A DNA stretch of 64,000 nt from Chloroflexota bacterium (GTDB taxonomy: Bacteria; Chloroflexota; Anaerolineae; DTLA01). This document shows, in pieces, positions 36,651-47,471 of this stretch (position 1 is the first letter of the stretch; every line of letters starts with the position of its first letter). The DNA is taken from assembly GCA_014360805.1 (NCBI GenBank), contig JACIWU010000003.1, forward strand, positions 5,020-69,019. The letters run 5' to 3'. The notes beneath the pieces were generated by a model. The model was given only the letters and a program-made list of their open reading frames with translations, searched no databases and was not told the origin of the DNA. The translations under genes were made by a program, and so were the position numbers.

Positions 36651-39600
36651 TTACTCGGCGCGGTCCTCGGTCGCGCCGCGGGCCGACTCCGCCTCACCGT
36701 TCGGCCTGGACCGAGATTCCAGCGTCTTGCGCACTTCCTCCACCAGGTCTGGGATGGAGAAGGGCTTGGTCATGAAGTTCACGGCGCCCAGGGCCAACGC
36801 CCGCTCGCGCTTCATCTTGTCTTCAGAGATACTGGCCGTCATCACGATCACCGGGATGTCGGCGGTGTTCGGATTCCGCTTCAGTTGCTCCAGCACCGAG
36901 TAGCCGTCCAGCCCGGGCATCTTGAGGTCCAGCAGGATGAGGCCGGGGCGCTCCTTTTCGGCCACGGCCAGCACCTGGCGGCCGTCGGACACGGCCCGCG
37001 CCACGAACCCGTTGCGCTCCAGCACCTCGCGCAGCAGTTTCTGCGTGTCCTCGTTATCATCGCAGATGAGCACCAGGTCGTGGGCGAACAGGATGGAGTG
37101 AACCGTGCTGACGAGCCGCTTCTCGTCCACCGGCTTGCCCAGGTAGTCCACCGCCCCCAAGCGGTAGGCCCGGTCGGGGTCGGGGACGATGGACAGAATC
37201 ACCACGGGGATGTCCGTGGTCTCGGGGTTGGACTTCAGGTCGCTGAGCACCTCAAACCCGTCCTTGCCCGGCAGGCGAACGTCCAGCGTGATGAGGTGCG
37301 GTCTCTCGCGCAGGACGAGGTCCATCACCTCGTCGCCCCGCCCGCAAGTGCTCACCTCGTACCCTTCCTCGCGCAGATGCGTGGCCACCAGGTTCGCGAT
37401 GTCGGGCTCGTCTTCCACCACGAGAATCCGCTTGCCCGCGCCAATGGGCTCGGCTTCTTCCGTAACCTCTTCCCGCGGCGGGAGCGGCTGGTCAAACACG
37501 GCGATGGGCATCGTGAAACTGAACTTGGACCCCTTGCCCAGTTCGCTCTTGAGCCAGATGGTGCCGCCGTGCATCTCCACGAACGACTTGACGATGGCCA
37601 GGCCCAGGCCGGTGCCGCCCGTCTCCTGCACCACCGGATGGTCGGCGCGATAGAAGCGGTCAAAGACCTTCTTCTGGTCCTCGGGCGAGATGCCGATGCC
37701 GGTGTCGGCCACGTCTATCTGCACCTTGTCCGACACGCGGCGCGCCGAGACGGTGATCTTGCCGCCCGCGGGCGTGTAGCGGCACGCGTTGTCCACTAGG
37801 TTGGTCAGAATCTGCGTCAGGCGGTCGCGGTCGGCGTACACCGGCGGCAAGGGCGATTTGACCTTGATGGTAACCGTGAGTTGCTTCTCCTCGGCTTGCT
37901 TGCGCAGCGCGGTTACCACGTCCTGGATGACCTTGGCGGCGTCGGTGGGCTGGCGGTCCAAGCGGATGCGTCCGGTCTCAATCCGCGAGATGTCCAGCAG
38001 GTCGTTGACCAGCGTCGCCAGTCGGTCGGCGTTGGACTTGATGACGGTCAGGAACTTGCGCTGGGCATCCGTAATAGGGCCTGCCGCTTGCATGAACAGG
38101 AGGTCGGTGTAGCCCTTGATGGAAGTCATGGGCGTGCGCAATTCGTGGGACACGGTGGAGATGAATTCGTTCTTGACGCGCTCCGCCTCCACTTCCTTGG
38201 AGATGTCGCGGAACAGCGCCACGGTTCCCAGCAATTCGTCGCCCATCATCACCGGCGCCACGCGCACGCTGGCCACCTTGTTGCCCACGGCGAAACGCTC
38301 TTCCATCTGTGGCCGCTGGCGGGACGCGACGCCGACCCAGCGGCTCACGGCGGCCAGCCCGCGGGCGGCCATCTCGGCCCCCGCCGAAAGCGTGGCCGGC
38401 AGGGCATGCACGTTCTCGTTCATCACCACGTTGCGCGGCACGCCCAGGATGCGCTCGGCGGCGTCGTTGAACAGGATGATGCGCCCGTCGGTGTCGGTAA
38501 CCACCACGCCGTCGGCGATGCCTTCCAGAATGGCGCGGGTCTTGGATGCCTCGGTCTGCTGCATCCGCAGCATGTCGCCCAGGCGGTCCGCCTGCTCCTG
38601 GATGAGGCGATACAGTTCGGCGTTGCCGATGGCCGTGGCGATCTGGGTGGCGGCGGCGGTTACCATCTTCAGGTGGGCCTCGCTGAAATAGTCGGGCCTG
38701 GGGTCGGCCAGCGTCAGCACGCCGAGGATGTCCTCGCCCGCCTGGAGCGGCACCGACAGCGCCGAGCGCACCGTCTCTTCGCCCACCGTGGTCAGCCAGC
38801 GCTTGTCCTTGGTTACGTCGGGCACGATGACCGCCTGGCGGTGCTGGAGCACCCATCCGGCCAGCCCAACCCCCGCGCTGAAGGACCGCGACAGCGACGC
38901 GGCCTGGTCCGCCTGGCCCCGCGTCAGCGAGGCGCGGTGCACCAGTTTGCCCGTCGCCTGATCCAGCAGCAGGATGGACCCCTGCCGCATGCCGATGGAC
39001 TCCTTCAGGAGTTGCAGGGCGCGGCTCATCACGCGGTTCAGGTCCAGCGTCTGGCTCAATTCGCGGGCGATGCGGTACAGCGCCTCGGTGCGGTCGCGCT
39101 CAATCGTGAGTTCCTCGTTGGCCTTCGCCAGTTCGCGCGTGCGCTGCTCCACGCGCTCTTCCAGTTCCAGGTTCAGCCGCGTGATCTCTTGGTACAACTG
39201 GGCGTTGCGGATGGCGCGCGAGGCCTGGTTCACCAGGAAGTTCACGAGCGACACTTCCCGATCGGTGAAGTGATGGGGTTCGGTGGAGCCTGCGAACAGC
39301 ACGCCGATGGTTTGTCCTTCCAGTTGCACCGGCACGCCGAGCATGGACTGCACGCCCAGTTTGCGAATCACCGAACTGACGCGGCTATCCTGCGCTACCT
39401 CGTCTATGACGAGCGGCTTGCCCGATCGCAGGATCTCGGCGGTCAACCCGCGCGCCCTGGGCTTGTGCACCTCAATCTGCTGCGCCATCTCCGGCGGGTC
39501 CGACACGACCTTGAAGACCAGTTCATCCTCGGTCTGGCCCTTGATGTACAGCGTAGCAAGTTGCGTGTGGGTCAGCCGCAGCGCGCTCTGGGCGATGAGC

Positions 39601-42600
39601 GTCAGCACGCGATCCAGTTCCAGAGTCTCGCTGAGGGCCACGCCCAGGTCGTACAGCAGGCGCATCTCCTCGGCGCTCTGGCGCGTCTCCTGGAACAGGC
39701 GCGCGTTCTGCACAGCCGTGGCCACCTGCGCGGCGATGGTTTGCAGCACGTTCAGGTCCTCTTCGGTGTAGGCGCGCGGCTTGATGTAACTCTGCACGGC
39801 GATCACGCCGATGACCTTCTCGCCGACGATCATCGGCACGCCCATCCACGACAGCGCGGGCCTGCCCACGGGCGGGTTGCCCAGGATTTCGGTCGCCGCC
39901 TCCACCACGTTCTCGGGCAGGAACAGCGGCTGTCGCGTGCGGATGATGTGCTCGGTCAGGCTCCGCGTGCCGCGTCGGCTGGCCCAGGTTACGCGCTCGC
40001 CCTCCTCAACCGCCAGCGGGAACGACACCTCATCGTTCTCCTCGTCGTACAGGGCGATGTAGAAGTTGGATGCGTCAATGACCTGGCCAATCTGCCTATA
40101 CGCCTCCTCCAACAGCGCCGGCAGGTCCAGGGTGGAACTGATGGTCTGGCCCATGCGGTTGAGCGCGGCCAGCGAACGAATCCGCCGCTCCGATTCCTCA
40201 AACAGGCGTGCGTTCTCAATGGCCACGGCCAACTGGTCGCCAAGCGTCTGGAGGAGGAACAGGTCGTCGTCGCCGAAAGCGTCCAACTCGTGGCTCTGCA
40301 CGTCCAGCACACCGATGACGCGGTCGCCGATGACCAGGGGCACGGTGCATTCCGACCGCGTGTCGGCCAGGAGCGGATGCGGCACGTAGTAGGGGTCCTT
40401 GGTAACGTCGTTGGCGATGAGCGGCTGGCGGGTGCTGGCGGCGTGGCCGATCATCCCTTCCTGGCCCACCTTCAGCCGCAGCCCTTCTTCGCGTATGGCG
40501 CGCCCCACGGAGCCGTTGCCCGCGCGGTACACGGCCTCTTGCGTGTCGGGGTCAATGAGGAACACGTGCACGTGGTCGTAGTTGAACGTCTCGTGCACCA
40601 GTTCCACCACCTCGGTGAGCAGTTCGTCCAGGCCCAGGATGGAAGCGATGCGGCGGCCCACCTCGCTGGTGGCCTCCAACTGCGTGGCGCGCCTGCGCGT
40701 CTCCTCGTACAGGCGACTGTTCTCAATGGCCACGGCGGTCTGCGCGGCCACCGCCGATAGGATGCGCAAATCCCGCTCGCCGAAGGCATCCAACTGGCTG
40801 CTCTGCGCGTCCAGGACGCCGATGAGCCGATTGCCCACCATCATGGGCACGGCGATCTCCGAACGGGTCTGCGAGTCCTTCTGGATGTAGCGGGAATCCT
40901 GGGTAACGTCGGGCACCACCAGCGGCTGCTTGTTCTCGGCGACCCATCCGGTGATGCCTTCCCGTCCCACCTGGATGCGCAGCCCGCGAACGTCTTCCAT
41001 GTACCCCACGGCGGCGCGCACCACCAGGTCGTCGGTAACCGGGTCCAGGAGCAGGAACGCGCAGTTGTCGTACCCCGCCGACTGCCGGAGCGCGCTCAAC
41101 ACGTCTTCCAGCATCTCTTCGGGGTCCAGCGTGGAGACCAGCCCTCGGCTCACGTCGTACATGGCCGAAATCTCGCGCATGCGCGAGATGACGTTTTCGT
41201 ACAGCATCGCGTTCTCAATGCCGATGGCCGCCTGGTTGGCAAACACCTCCAGCGCCGCGATGTCTTCCGGCTCGGGTCGGCGGCGGCTGATGGGGTCGTC
41301 CAGCGACAGGTAGCCGATGTGCCCCTTACTGCCGGTCAGCGGGACGATGAGGGCGTCGGTGGGCTGCCACTCCTCCGGCTCGCGCGGCCCCAGGTCGGGC
41401 ACGTACACCGGCGCGCCGCTCCCCTCCAGCGTGCCCTTGCCGTCGCCGGTGATGAGATAGGACTGGCTGATGCGATAGCGTTCGTCCAGCAGGCTTTCCA
41501 GCGCGGCGCGCGGGAAGGGCGCCGCCGACACGGGCGCACCGTCGCCGACGCCCGCCGTGGCCACCACGCGCACCAGGGTGGGGTCTTCGCCGTCAATCAG
41601 GTTCAGCGCCACAAGGCGATACCCCATCTGCTTGTGCGCGGCCTCGGTGATCTCGCGGCAAACCTGCTCCAGGCTCATCTCGGCCTTGAGGGCATTGCCG
41701 AAGTTGAGCAGGTTGCTCAGTTGCTCTGCGCGGCGCGCCATCAATCGGCTCTGGGCCAACTGCTTCTCGTACAGTTGCGCGTTCTCAATGGCGATGGCCG
41801 CCTGGTTGGCGAAAATCTCCAGCGCCTCCACGACCGCGCGGGTGGGCACCCGCCCGTCGCGAGGCTCATCCACGCTCAGCAGCCCCAGAATCTCGCCGGA
41901 CGAGGAATGCAGCGGGACGATGAGCATGTCTTCGGGATGCCACCGCCCCTGTTCCCACTCTTCGTCCTCCGGCGCCGGCGGCGTGTACACGTGAAGCCCT
42001 TCCTGCCATTCGTGCGCCTTCTGGTGCGGGAAGAAGTAGGACTGGCTGATGCGGTACTCGTCGCGCATGATGCGGGTGAACCGCTCCAGCGGCTGCCGCA
42101 CGCGCCGCATCTCCTCAAAGACGGCGAGGGGCAACCCCGCCGCCGCAACGCGCCGCAGGTACGGCGGGTCGCCCTCCACGACGCTGAGCAGCGCCAGGTT
42201 GAACCCTGTCGTTTCGGGAATGGCGTACACGATCTGATCCAGCACCTCTTCCAGCGAGAGGTTCATGCGCAGGGCGTTGCCGATTTCCAGCAGGCTGCGC
42301 AACTGCTCGGCGCGACGGCTCAGGCTGCTCCCCAGCCGCACCTGCTCCTGATACCGCCAGGCGTTGCCGATGGCCACGCCCGCCTGGTTGGCCAGCGCCT
42401 CCAGGAACTTGACCGTTTCCTCGTCAAACGCCTGCGCTTCCATGGCGCGCAGGCTGATGACGCCCGCGACCGCCCCCTCGTACAGGATGGGCACCGCCAC
42501 GGCCGACAGCGTGCCCTTGCGGATGCAGACCGGGCGCGTCTCCTTGCGTGCGTCGGCCACGATGATGGACTTCGCCGAGCGTATGGCGTCTTCGGCAACG

Positions 42601-45428
42601 CTGTTCCCGTCGCCCAGGGTCATCCCTTTGAGGATTGCCTCCTCTTCTTCGGAGTACCCCTTGTAGGCAACGACGTGGAACTTGCCGCTCTCCACGTCCA
42701 GCAAGGCGATGTTCCCGTGGGACGCGCGGGTGGCGCGAATCGCCTCGGTGATGACGACCTCCAGGATGCGCTCCAACTCCAGCGTGGCGTTGAGTTCCCG
42801 CGTGATGCGCTGGAGGGCCGTCATCTGGTCCACCTGATGTCGCAGTTGCTCGTCGGTGCGCTGGTACAGCCGCAGGTTCTGGATGCCGGTGGCCAGTTGC
42901 GCGGCGATGGTCGCAAGAAGCCGCTCATCCTCGGCGGAAAAGGCGCCGTCGCGCTTGTTCCCCGCATGGAGTTCGCCCAGCACCACGTCCTGCGTCCGCA
43001 ACGGCACCGACAGCACCGTGCGGAATCCGTACTTGTGGATGAGCGGGCGATAGGCGGGGATGATGCGTTTGTCGTTTGGCGCGTCCGACGACCGGAACGG
43101 GCGTCCCGTGCGGAACACGCCATAGGCGAATTCGGGAAATGTCGCGTCAATGGACAGGGTTTCGGCCTCTTCGGGCGGCAGCCCCACAACGCCGCTGGCG
43201 CGAGCCTCCAGCCGCTCCGTGGTCTCGTTGTACATGAGCAGCGCCATCTTCTCGGCCTTGAGCAGGTCGGCCGCCTTGTGCAGCGTCTGCTGGAGCATCT
43301 GCTCCAGGTCCAGCGTGGAGGTAACGATGCCGGCGATTTGGAACAGGCCGGCCATCTCGTCCACCCTGGCCTGCATCTCTTCGTACAGGCGGGCGTTCTC
43401 AATGGCGACGGCGGCCTGGCCTGCAATCGCCTGCAGGAGGCGCAGGTCTTGCTGCGAGAAGGCGTTGGGGCGCTCCGCCGCCATCTCCAGTGTCCCCACC
43501 AGTTTTGGCCCCTTCATCAGCGGCACGCCCATATAGGAGCGGAAGGGGATTTGCTCCGAATCCAGGCGAGGCCGAACATCGGTGCGCGCCTGCACGTCGG
43601 GGATGAACAGCGGCTTCTGGTTGCGGGTGATCCAGCCGGTGTATCCCTGCTCGGGGGTATAGGTGGCGCCAACCTGGGTCAGGTAGCCGGGTTCGCCTGC
43701 CGCCGCCCACGTAACCATGACACCCTGGTCCTCGTCCCACAGGTTCACTTCGGCCACGTAGTAGTCCAGCAGGCGGCGCGCGCTTTCCAAAATGGTCTGG
43801 AGCGTGGCTTCCAAATCCAGGCTGCCCGAAATGGCCTGGCCCACCTCGTTCAGCAGCGAAATCTCCTGGAAGCGGCGGAGTTCCTGATCGTAGAGGCGCG
43901 CATTCCGCACCGCAACCGCCGCCTGGTTGGCCAGGTTCTCCACAAACGCCAGGTTGTCGGTCGTAAACGCGGCAGGGCGGTTGCTCTCCAGGTTCAGCAC
44001 GCCCAGCACCTGGTTCTCGTAGCGGATGGGCACGGTCAACTGCGAGCGTGTGTCGGGCAGGGCCGGCACGTAGTCGGGGTCCTTGGCTACATCGGGGACG
44101 AGGGCGGGCCTGCCGGTGCGCACCACGCGCATGGTGATGCCACCAGGAGACGGGCGCTGCATGTCCCCTTCGGGCGTGATGAGCGTGGGGTAGTTCCGCT
44201 GCGCCAGGAGTTCCAACCTATCCGTTTCGGGGTCGTACAGGCCCGCCAGCGCCGAGGTCGCGCCCGTGGCCTGGATGGCGCGGCCGATGAGCAAGTCCAA
44301 CACGCGGTGCAAATCCAGCGTGCTGGCCAGTTCGCGCGTGATCTCGCTCATCGCGCCCAGTTCTTCCACGCGCCGCGCCAGCGTCCGGTCGGTGGCCGCG
44401 TACAGTTGCGCGTTGGCCAGCGCCAGCGCCGCCTGGTCGGCAATGGCCTCCAGAAAGTGAACGTCGGCTTCGGTGAACGCCTGGGGCGTCCGCGCCTCCA
44501 GGTTCAGCACGCCCACCACGACGTTGCCCATGCGAATGGGCACCGCGACCTCGGAGCGGGTCTCGGGCACGAGCGCAAAGTAGTCCGCGTCCTGCGACAC
44601 GTCGGCGATCAGCGCCGGCTGCCCCGTCTCGCGCACGCGCCCCACGATGGTCTTCGTGGCCTCAAAATCCAGCGTCTTGTAGGCCATGATCTGGTCGGGC
44701 GTGTAGCCATACGCCTCGCGCAGCGCCAACTTCCCCGTGTTCTCGTCTACCAGGAGCAAGGCCCCGTGGGTCGCGGGCGTGGCGGCCACGGTCTCCTCCA
44801 CGATCATGGGCAGGAGTTTGTCCAGTTCCAGGGTGCTGCTGAGTTGGCGGCTGATGCGCTGCAGGGCGGTCAGTTCGTTCACGCGCCGGCGCGACTGGGC
44901 GAGAATCTCCTGGCTCTCCAGTTGCGCAGCGCGGTCCTGCTCCTCTGATCGCACCAGGTAGCGGACGATGTACCCCAGCGCGTAGTAACTGAACAGGCCG
45001 GTGATCAGGAAGGACCAGCGGATCGGCTCGCCCGCGGGCCAGAGCGGCGGCACGAGGGGCAGCAGGAACGCCACGGCCACGCCCGCGATGAAGGCCGCCA
45101 GCGCCCCGATAGGCAGCCATGCGGCTCCCAGCCCGACCAGGAAGTACGCCAGGATGGAGGCGGGGCTTGTGCGTCCGCCCGTCAGGTAGAAGACCGCAAT
45201 GGAAAATGGCACCTCAACGGCGAGAAGCCCGAGGAGGGCATGACGTTCGCGGAACGCGCGAAGTGCGCGGATGCGAAGCGCCAACAGTTGCGCGGCGAGC
45301 AGCCCCAGAACCCAGAATCCAACCCGGCCCTGATTGGCCAGGGAGGAAATCAGCGCGTACAGCCAGCCGAACCAGTACAGCCAGACAACGACTTGCTGCG
45401 CTCTCAGTCTTCCTCTGGAAATGTTCAT
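36651..45428 (-). CDS. Giant membrane-bound hybrid histidine kinase: TM region, 12 GAF, PAS, HisKA, HATPase, 2 REC
   Basis: Twelve repeats ending in (E/Q/R/G/A)N(A/S/L)xLY-like helices; EGIADGVVVTD (PAS); VSHELRTP; NLVDNA, DTGIGI, GTGLGL; two receivers (LDVRLP, LDLKMP). Confidence 0.95.
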   Translation of the reverse strand: MNISRGRLRAQQVVVWLYWFGWLYALISSLANQGRVGFWVLGLLAAQLLALRIRALRAFRERHALLGLLAVEVPFSIAVFYLTGGRTSPASILAYFLVGLGAAWLPIGALAAFIAGVAVAFLLPLVPPLWPAGEPIRWSFLITGLFSYYALGYIVRYLVRSEEQDRAAQLESQEILAQSRRRVNELTALQRISRQLSSTLELDKLLPMIVEETVAATPATHGALLLVDENTGKLALREAYGYTPDQIMAYKTLDFEATKTIVGRVRETGQPALIADVSQDADYFALVPETRSEVAVPIRMGNVVVGVLNLEARTPQAFTEADVHFLEAIADQAALALANAQLYAATDRTLARRVEELGAMSEITRELASTLDLHRVLDLLIGRAIQATGATSALAGLYDPETDRLELLAQRNYPTLITPEGDMQRPSPGGITMRVVRTGRPALVPDVAKDPDYVPALPDTRSQLTVPIRYENQVLGVLNLESNRPAAFTTDNLAFVENLANQAAVAVRNARLYDQELRRFQEISLLNEVGQAISGSLDLEATLQTILESARRLLDYYVAEVNLWDEDQGVMVTWAAAGEPGYLTQVGATYTPEQGYTGWITRNQKPLFIPDVQARTDVRPRLDSEQIPFRSYMGVPLMKGPKLVGTLEMAAERPNAFSQQDLRLLQAIAGQAAVAIENARLYEEMQARVDEMAGLFQIAGIVTSTLDLEQMLQQTLHKAADLLKAEKMALLMYNETTERLEARASGVVGLPPEEAETLSIDATFPEFAYGVFRTGRPFRSSDAPNDKRIIPAYRPLIHKYGFRTVLSVPLRTQDVVLGELHAGNKRDGAFSAEDERLLATIAAQLATGIQNLRLYQRTDEQLRHQVDQMTALQRITRELNATLELERILEVVITEAIRATRASHGNIALLDVESGKFHVVAYKGYSEEEEAILKGMTLGDGNSVAEDAIRSAKSIIVADARKETRPVCIRKGTLSAVAVPILYEGAVAGVISLRAMEAQAFDEETVKFLEALANQAGVAIGNAWRYQEQVRLGSSLSRRAEQLRSLLEIGNALRMNLSLEEVLDQIVYAIPETTGFNLALLSVVEGDPPYLRRVAAAGLPLAVFEEMRRVRQPLERFTRIMRDEYRISQSYFFPHQKAHEWQEGLHVYTPPAPEDEEWEQGRWHPEDMLIVPLHSSSGEILGLLSVDEPRDGRVPTRAVVEALEIFANQAAIAIENAQLYEKQLAQSRLMARRAEQLSNLLNFGNALKAEMSLEQVCREITEAAHKQMGYRLVALNLIDGEDPTLVRVVATAGVGDGAPVSAAPFPRAALESLLDERYRISQSYLITGDGKGTLEGSGAPVYVPDLGPREPEEWQPTDALIVPLTGSKGHIGYLSLDDPISRRRPEPEDIAALEVFANQAAIGIENAMLYENVISRMREISAMYDVSRGLVSTLDPEEMLEDVLSALRQSAGYDNCAFLLLDPVTDDLVVRAAVGYMEDVRGLRIQVGREGITGWVAENKQPLVVPDVTQDSRYIQKDSQTRSEIAVPMMVGNRLIGVLDAQSSQLDAFGERDLRILSAVAAQTAVAIENSRLYEETRRRATQLEATSEVGRRIASILGLDELLTEVVELVHETFNYDHVHVFLIDPDTQEAVYRAGNGSVGRAIREEGLRLKVGQEGMIGHAASTRQPLIANDVTKDPYYVPHPLLADTRSECTVPLVIGDRVIGVLDVQSHELDAFGDDDLFLLQTLGDQLAVAIENARLFEESERRIRSLAALNRMGQTISSTLDLPALLEEAYRQIGQVIDASNFYIALYDEENDEVSFPLAVEEGERVTWASRRGTRSLTEHIIRTRQPLFLPENVVEAATEILGNPPVGRPALSWMGVPMIVGEKVIGVIAVQSYIKPRAYTEEDLNVLQTIAAQVATAVQNARLFQETRQSAEEMRLLYDLGVALSETLELDRVLTLIAQSALRLTHTQLATLYIKGQTEDELVFKVVSDPPEMAQQIEVHKPRARGLTAEILRSGKPLVIDEVAQDSRVSSVIRKLGVQSMLGVPVQLEGQTIGVLFAGSTEPHHFTDREVSLVNFLVNQASRAIRNAQLYQEITRLNLELEERVEQRTRELAKANEELTIERDRTEALYRIARELSQTLDLNRVMSRALQLLKESIGMRQGSILLLDQATGKLVHRASLTRGQADQAASLSRSFSAGVGLAGWVLQHRQAVIVPDVTKDKRWLTTVGEETVRSALSVPLQAGEDILGVLTLADPRPDYFSEAHLKMVTAAATQIATAIGNAELYRLIQEQADRLGDMLRMQQTEASKTRAILEGIADGVVVTDTDGRIILFNDAAERILGVPRNVVMNENVHALPATLSAGAEMAARGLAAVSRWVGVASRQRPQMEERFAVGNKVASVRVAPVMMGDELLGTVALFRDISKEVEAERVKNEFISTVSHELRTPMTSIKGYTDLLFMQAAGPITDAQRKFLTVIKSNADRLATLVNDLLDISRIETGRIRLDRQPTDAAKVIQDVVTALRKQAEEKQLTVTIKVKSPLPPVYADRDRLTQILTNLVDNACRYTPAGGKITVSARRVSDKVQIDVADTGIGISPEDQKKVFDRFYRADHPVVQETGGTGLGLAIVKSFVEMHGGTIWLKSELGKGSKFSFTMPIAVFDQPLPPREEVTEEAEPIGAGKRILVVEDEPDIANLVATHLREEGYEVSTCGRGDEVMDLVLRERPHLITLDVRLPGKDGFEVLSDLKSNPETTDIPVVILSIVPDPDRAYRLGAVDYLGKPVDEKRLVSTVHSILFAHDLVLICDDNEDTQKLLREVLERNGFVARAVSDGRQVLAVAEKERPGLILLDLKMPGLDGYSVLEQLKRNPNTADIPVIVMTASISEDKMKRERALALGAVNFMTKPFSIPDLVEEVRKTLESRSRPNGEAESARGATEDRAE

Positions 45429-45457
45429 ACCCACCAACCCACGCAGATTCCGGGACG

Positions 45458-46369
45458 CTAGCCGATCTCGCCGGACTGGGCGATGGCGGCGGCGCGGCGC
45501 GCATCCGAGGCCACCTCGGTGATCTCGCGGATGTCGCTGAAACGTCCAGCCCCGCCGTGCACCGTCCCCACGGCCAGCGTCATGAGCGAGACCTTCTTCT
45601 CTCGCCCTGTCTCATCTTTCACCAGAAGGTAGCCGCGTTCGCGGTCTTTGAAGTTGTAGAAACTCTTGACCTCGCTGTTGAAGCGCGTGGTGATCCGTTC
45701 GCGCAGCGCGGCCTCGCGGTCGGGCGTGGTGATGATGATGAAGTCGCCCCCGCCGATGTGGCCGACGAAATCCTGGCCGCCTTCCAGCGCGTCAATCGTC
45801 TCGCCCAGCACCATGGCCGCAAAGCGCAGCACATCGTCGGCCGCAACGAACCCGTACAGGTCGTTGAACGCGCGCAGCCCGCACACGCCGATATACAGCA
45901 CCGTCCAGTTGTCGCGCTGGATGAGGGCCTTCAGTTGCTCCTCTATCAGCCGCCCGCTGGGGAGGCCCGTAACCGGGTTCGTGAGGTTCTCGTAACTGGC
46001 CCTGCGCAGGGCGTTCTTGACCCGCAGATGCAGTTCTTCCATGTCAAAGGGCTTGGTGATGTAGTCGTCGGCGCCCAACTGGAGGCCGGCGATGCGGTCG
46101 GCCCGCTCATCCTTCTGCGTGAGGAAGATGATGGGAATGTGGCTGGTGCGCAGGTTGGTGCGCAAGCGGCGGCACACCTCGTAGCCGTCAATGTCCGGAA
46201 GTTTGATATCCAAGATGACCAGATTGGGCAGTTTGCGCCGAGAAATCTCCAGGGCCTCGTTCCCGTGCGTGGTAACAAGGACATCGTATCCCTGCGATTC
46301 AAAATAGAAGGCGAGCAGACTGGAGATGTCCCGGTCGTCCTCTACGATCAGAATCCTGTCCTTTGGCAT
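45458..46369 (-). CDS. Response regulator with degenerate GGDEF-like domain
   Basis: REC (VEDD, LDIKLP, KPF), then NPVTGLPSG...FNDLYGF...GHIGGGDF. Confidence 0.88.
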   Translation of the reverse strand: MPKDRILIVEDDRDISSLLAFYFESQGYDVLVTTHGNEALEISRRKLPNLVILDIKLPDIDGYEVCRRLRTNLRTSHIPIIFLTQKDERADRIAGLQLGADDYITKPFDMEELHLRVKNALRRASYENLTNPVTGLPSGRLIEEQLKALIQRDNWTVLYIGVCGLRAFNDLYGFVAADDVLRFAAMVLGETIDALEGGQDFVGHIGGGDFIIITTPDREAALRERITTRFNSEVKSFYNFKDRERGYLLVKDETGREKKVSLMTLAVGTVHGGAGRFSDIREITEVASDARRAAAIAQSGEIG

Positions 46370-46416
46370 GTCTATCCTCCATAACACCTTAGGCTACAAG
46401 CGCACCTGCCTGTTCT

Positions 46417-46425
46417 ATTATACCA
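46417..46425 (-). promoter_or_regulatory. Extended -10 internal promoter for the REC-GGDEF/kinase genes
   Basis: Minus strand TGgTATAAT overlapping the stop codon of the upstream gene. Confidence 0.5.
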
Positions 46426-47470
46426 CTCCTGCGCAAGATGACACGTCCACGGCCCGACCTCCGGCGCGAAGCGGAGCCGCGCGGAAGCCGTGCCGCTCGG
46501 CGATGGTGCAAATCACAGCCACCCGTTCGGGGGCGATGGCGCGCCCCAGCGTGAAACTCTCGTAGCGGCCCTCCAGCGCGAGCGCGATGGTCTCGGCCAT
46601 GCAGGCATACGCATGTTCAGGCGGCAGGCCGAAGTCAAACCGGAACTCCGGCTGTCCCGGCACGATTACATCGCCGCCCGCGTACACAGTGACTTTCAGC
46701 CGCAGCGCGTGCACCGCCGCCGACACATCCGGCGGCAGCGCCAGGTCGTAGACCGCCGCGCCCGGGCGCAAATGCTCCGGACGAATCAGCGGCCCCGCCG
46801 AATTCGTGGCGCTGATGACGATATCCGCCTCCCGCAGCGCCAACAAGTCCGTCGCGCCCGACACCGTGCCAGGCGCCGCCCACTCCAATTCGGCCGCCAG
46901 CCGACTCACGGCCCCGGCGTCGCGCCCCACGATGCCCAGGTGCCCCACCTTGCCGGCGAGCAGGCGTGCGCATGCGCTGCCGATGGACCCCGTCCCGCCG
47001 AGCACGGCCACGTGCAACTCCTCCAGCGGCCTGCCCAGAGCGCGGGCGATGGTTCGCACGGCGCTGCACGTAACCGCCACCGTGTAACTGTTGCCCGTCG
47101 TAACGGGCACGCTCAGCCCTCGCTCAACCGTCTTGCCGGCATCGCCCACCGCCGAGGTCAGCGCGCCCAGCCCCACGATGCGCGCGCCCAGGCGTTCGGC
47201 CAGCCGCCCCGCGCGGATGATCTGGCGATACACGCGCCGCAGCGGGAACCGCGTCATCGCCCGCGGCGTGAGCGGACAGGCCACAAGCCACCCCTCGGCC
47301 TCTACACCCAGTGCAGAGCGAATGCCAGTAACGTGCGAAAGGTACACCGGCGGGAAGTACCCCGACAGGAAGTCCAGCCACCCCAGCGGCAGTCGGCTCA
47401 GGATAGCGAACCGCTTCGCCACATCCCTCCGCACGTCCAAAGGGTGCAGGATGAACCCGAAACGCTCCAT
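46418..47470 (-). CDS. Acyl-ACP reductase-like / COG5322 Rossmann-fold oxidoreductase
   Basis: FGFILHP, IVGLGALT, TTGNSYT, VLGGTGSIG, DLALPPDV, YACMAET (Cys at the position catalytic in cyanobacterial AAR). Confidence 0.78.
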   Translation of the reverse strand: MERFGFILHPLDVRRDVAKRFAILSRLPLGWLDFLSGYFPPVYLSHVTGIRSALGVEAEGWLVACPLTPRAMTRFPLRRVYRQIIRAGRLAERLGARIVGLGALTSAVGDAGKTVERGLSVPVTTGNSYTVAVTCSAVRTIARALGRPLEELHVAVLGGTGSIGSACARLLAGKVGHLGIVGRDAGAVSRLAAELEWAAPGTVSGATDLLALREADIVISATNSAGPLIRPEHLRPGAAVYDLALPPDVSAAVHALRLKVTVYAGGDVIVPGQPEFRFDFGLPPEHAYACMAETIALALEGRYESFTLGRAIAPERVAVICTIAERHGFRAAPLRAGGRAVDVSSCAGVV

Positions 47471-47471
47471 C

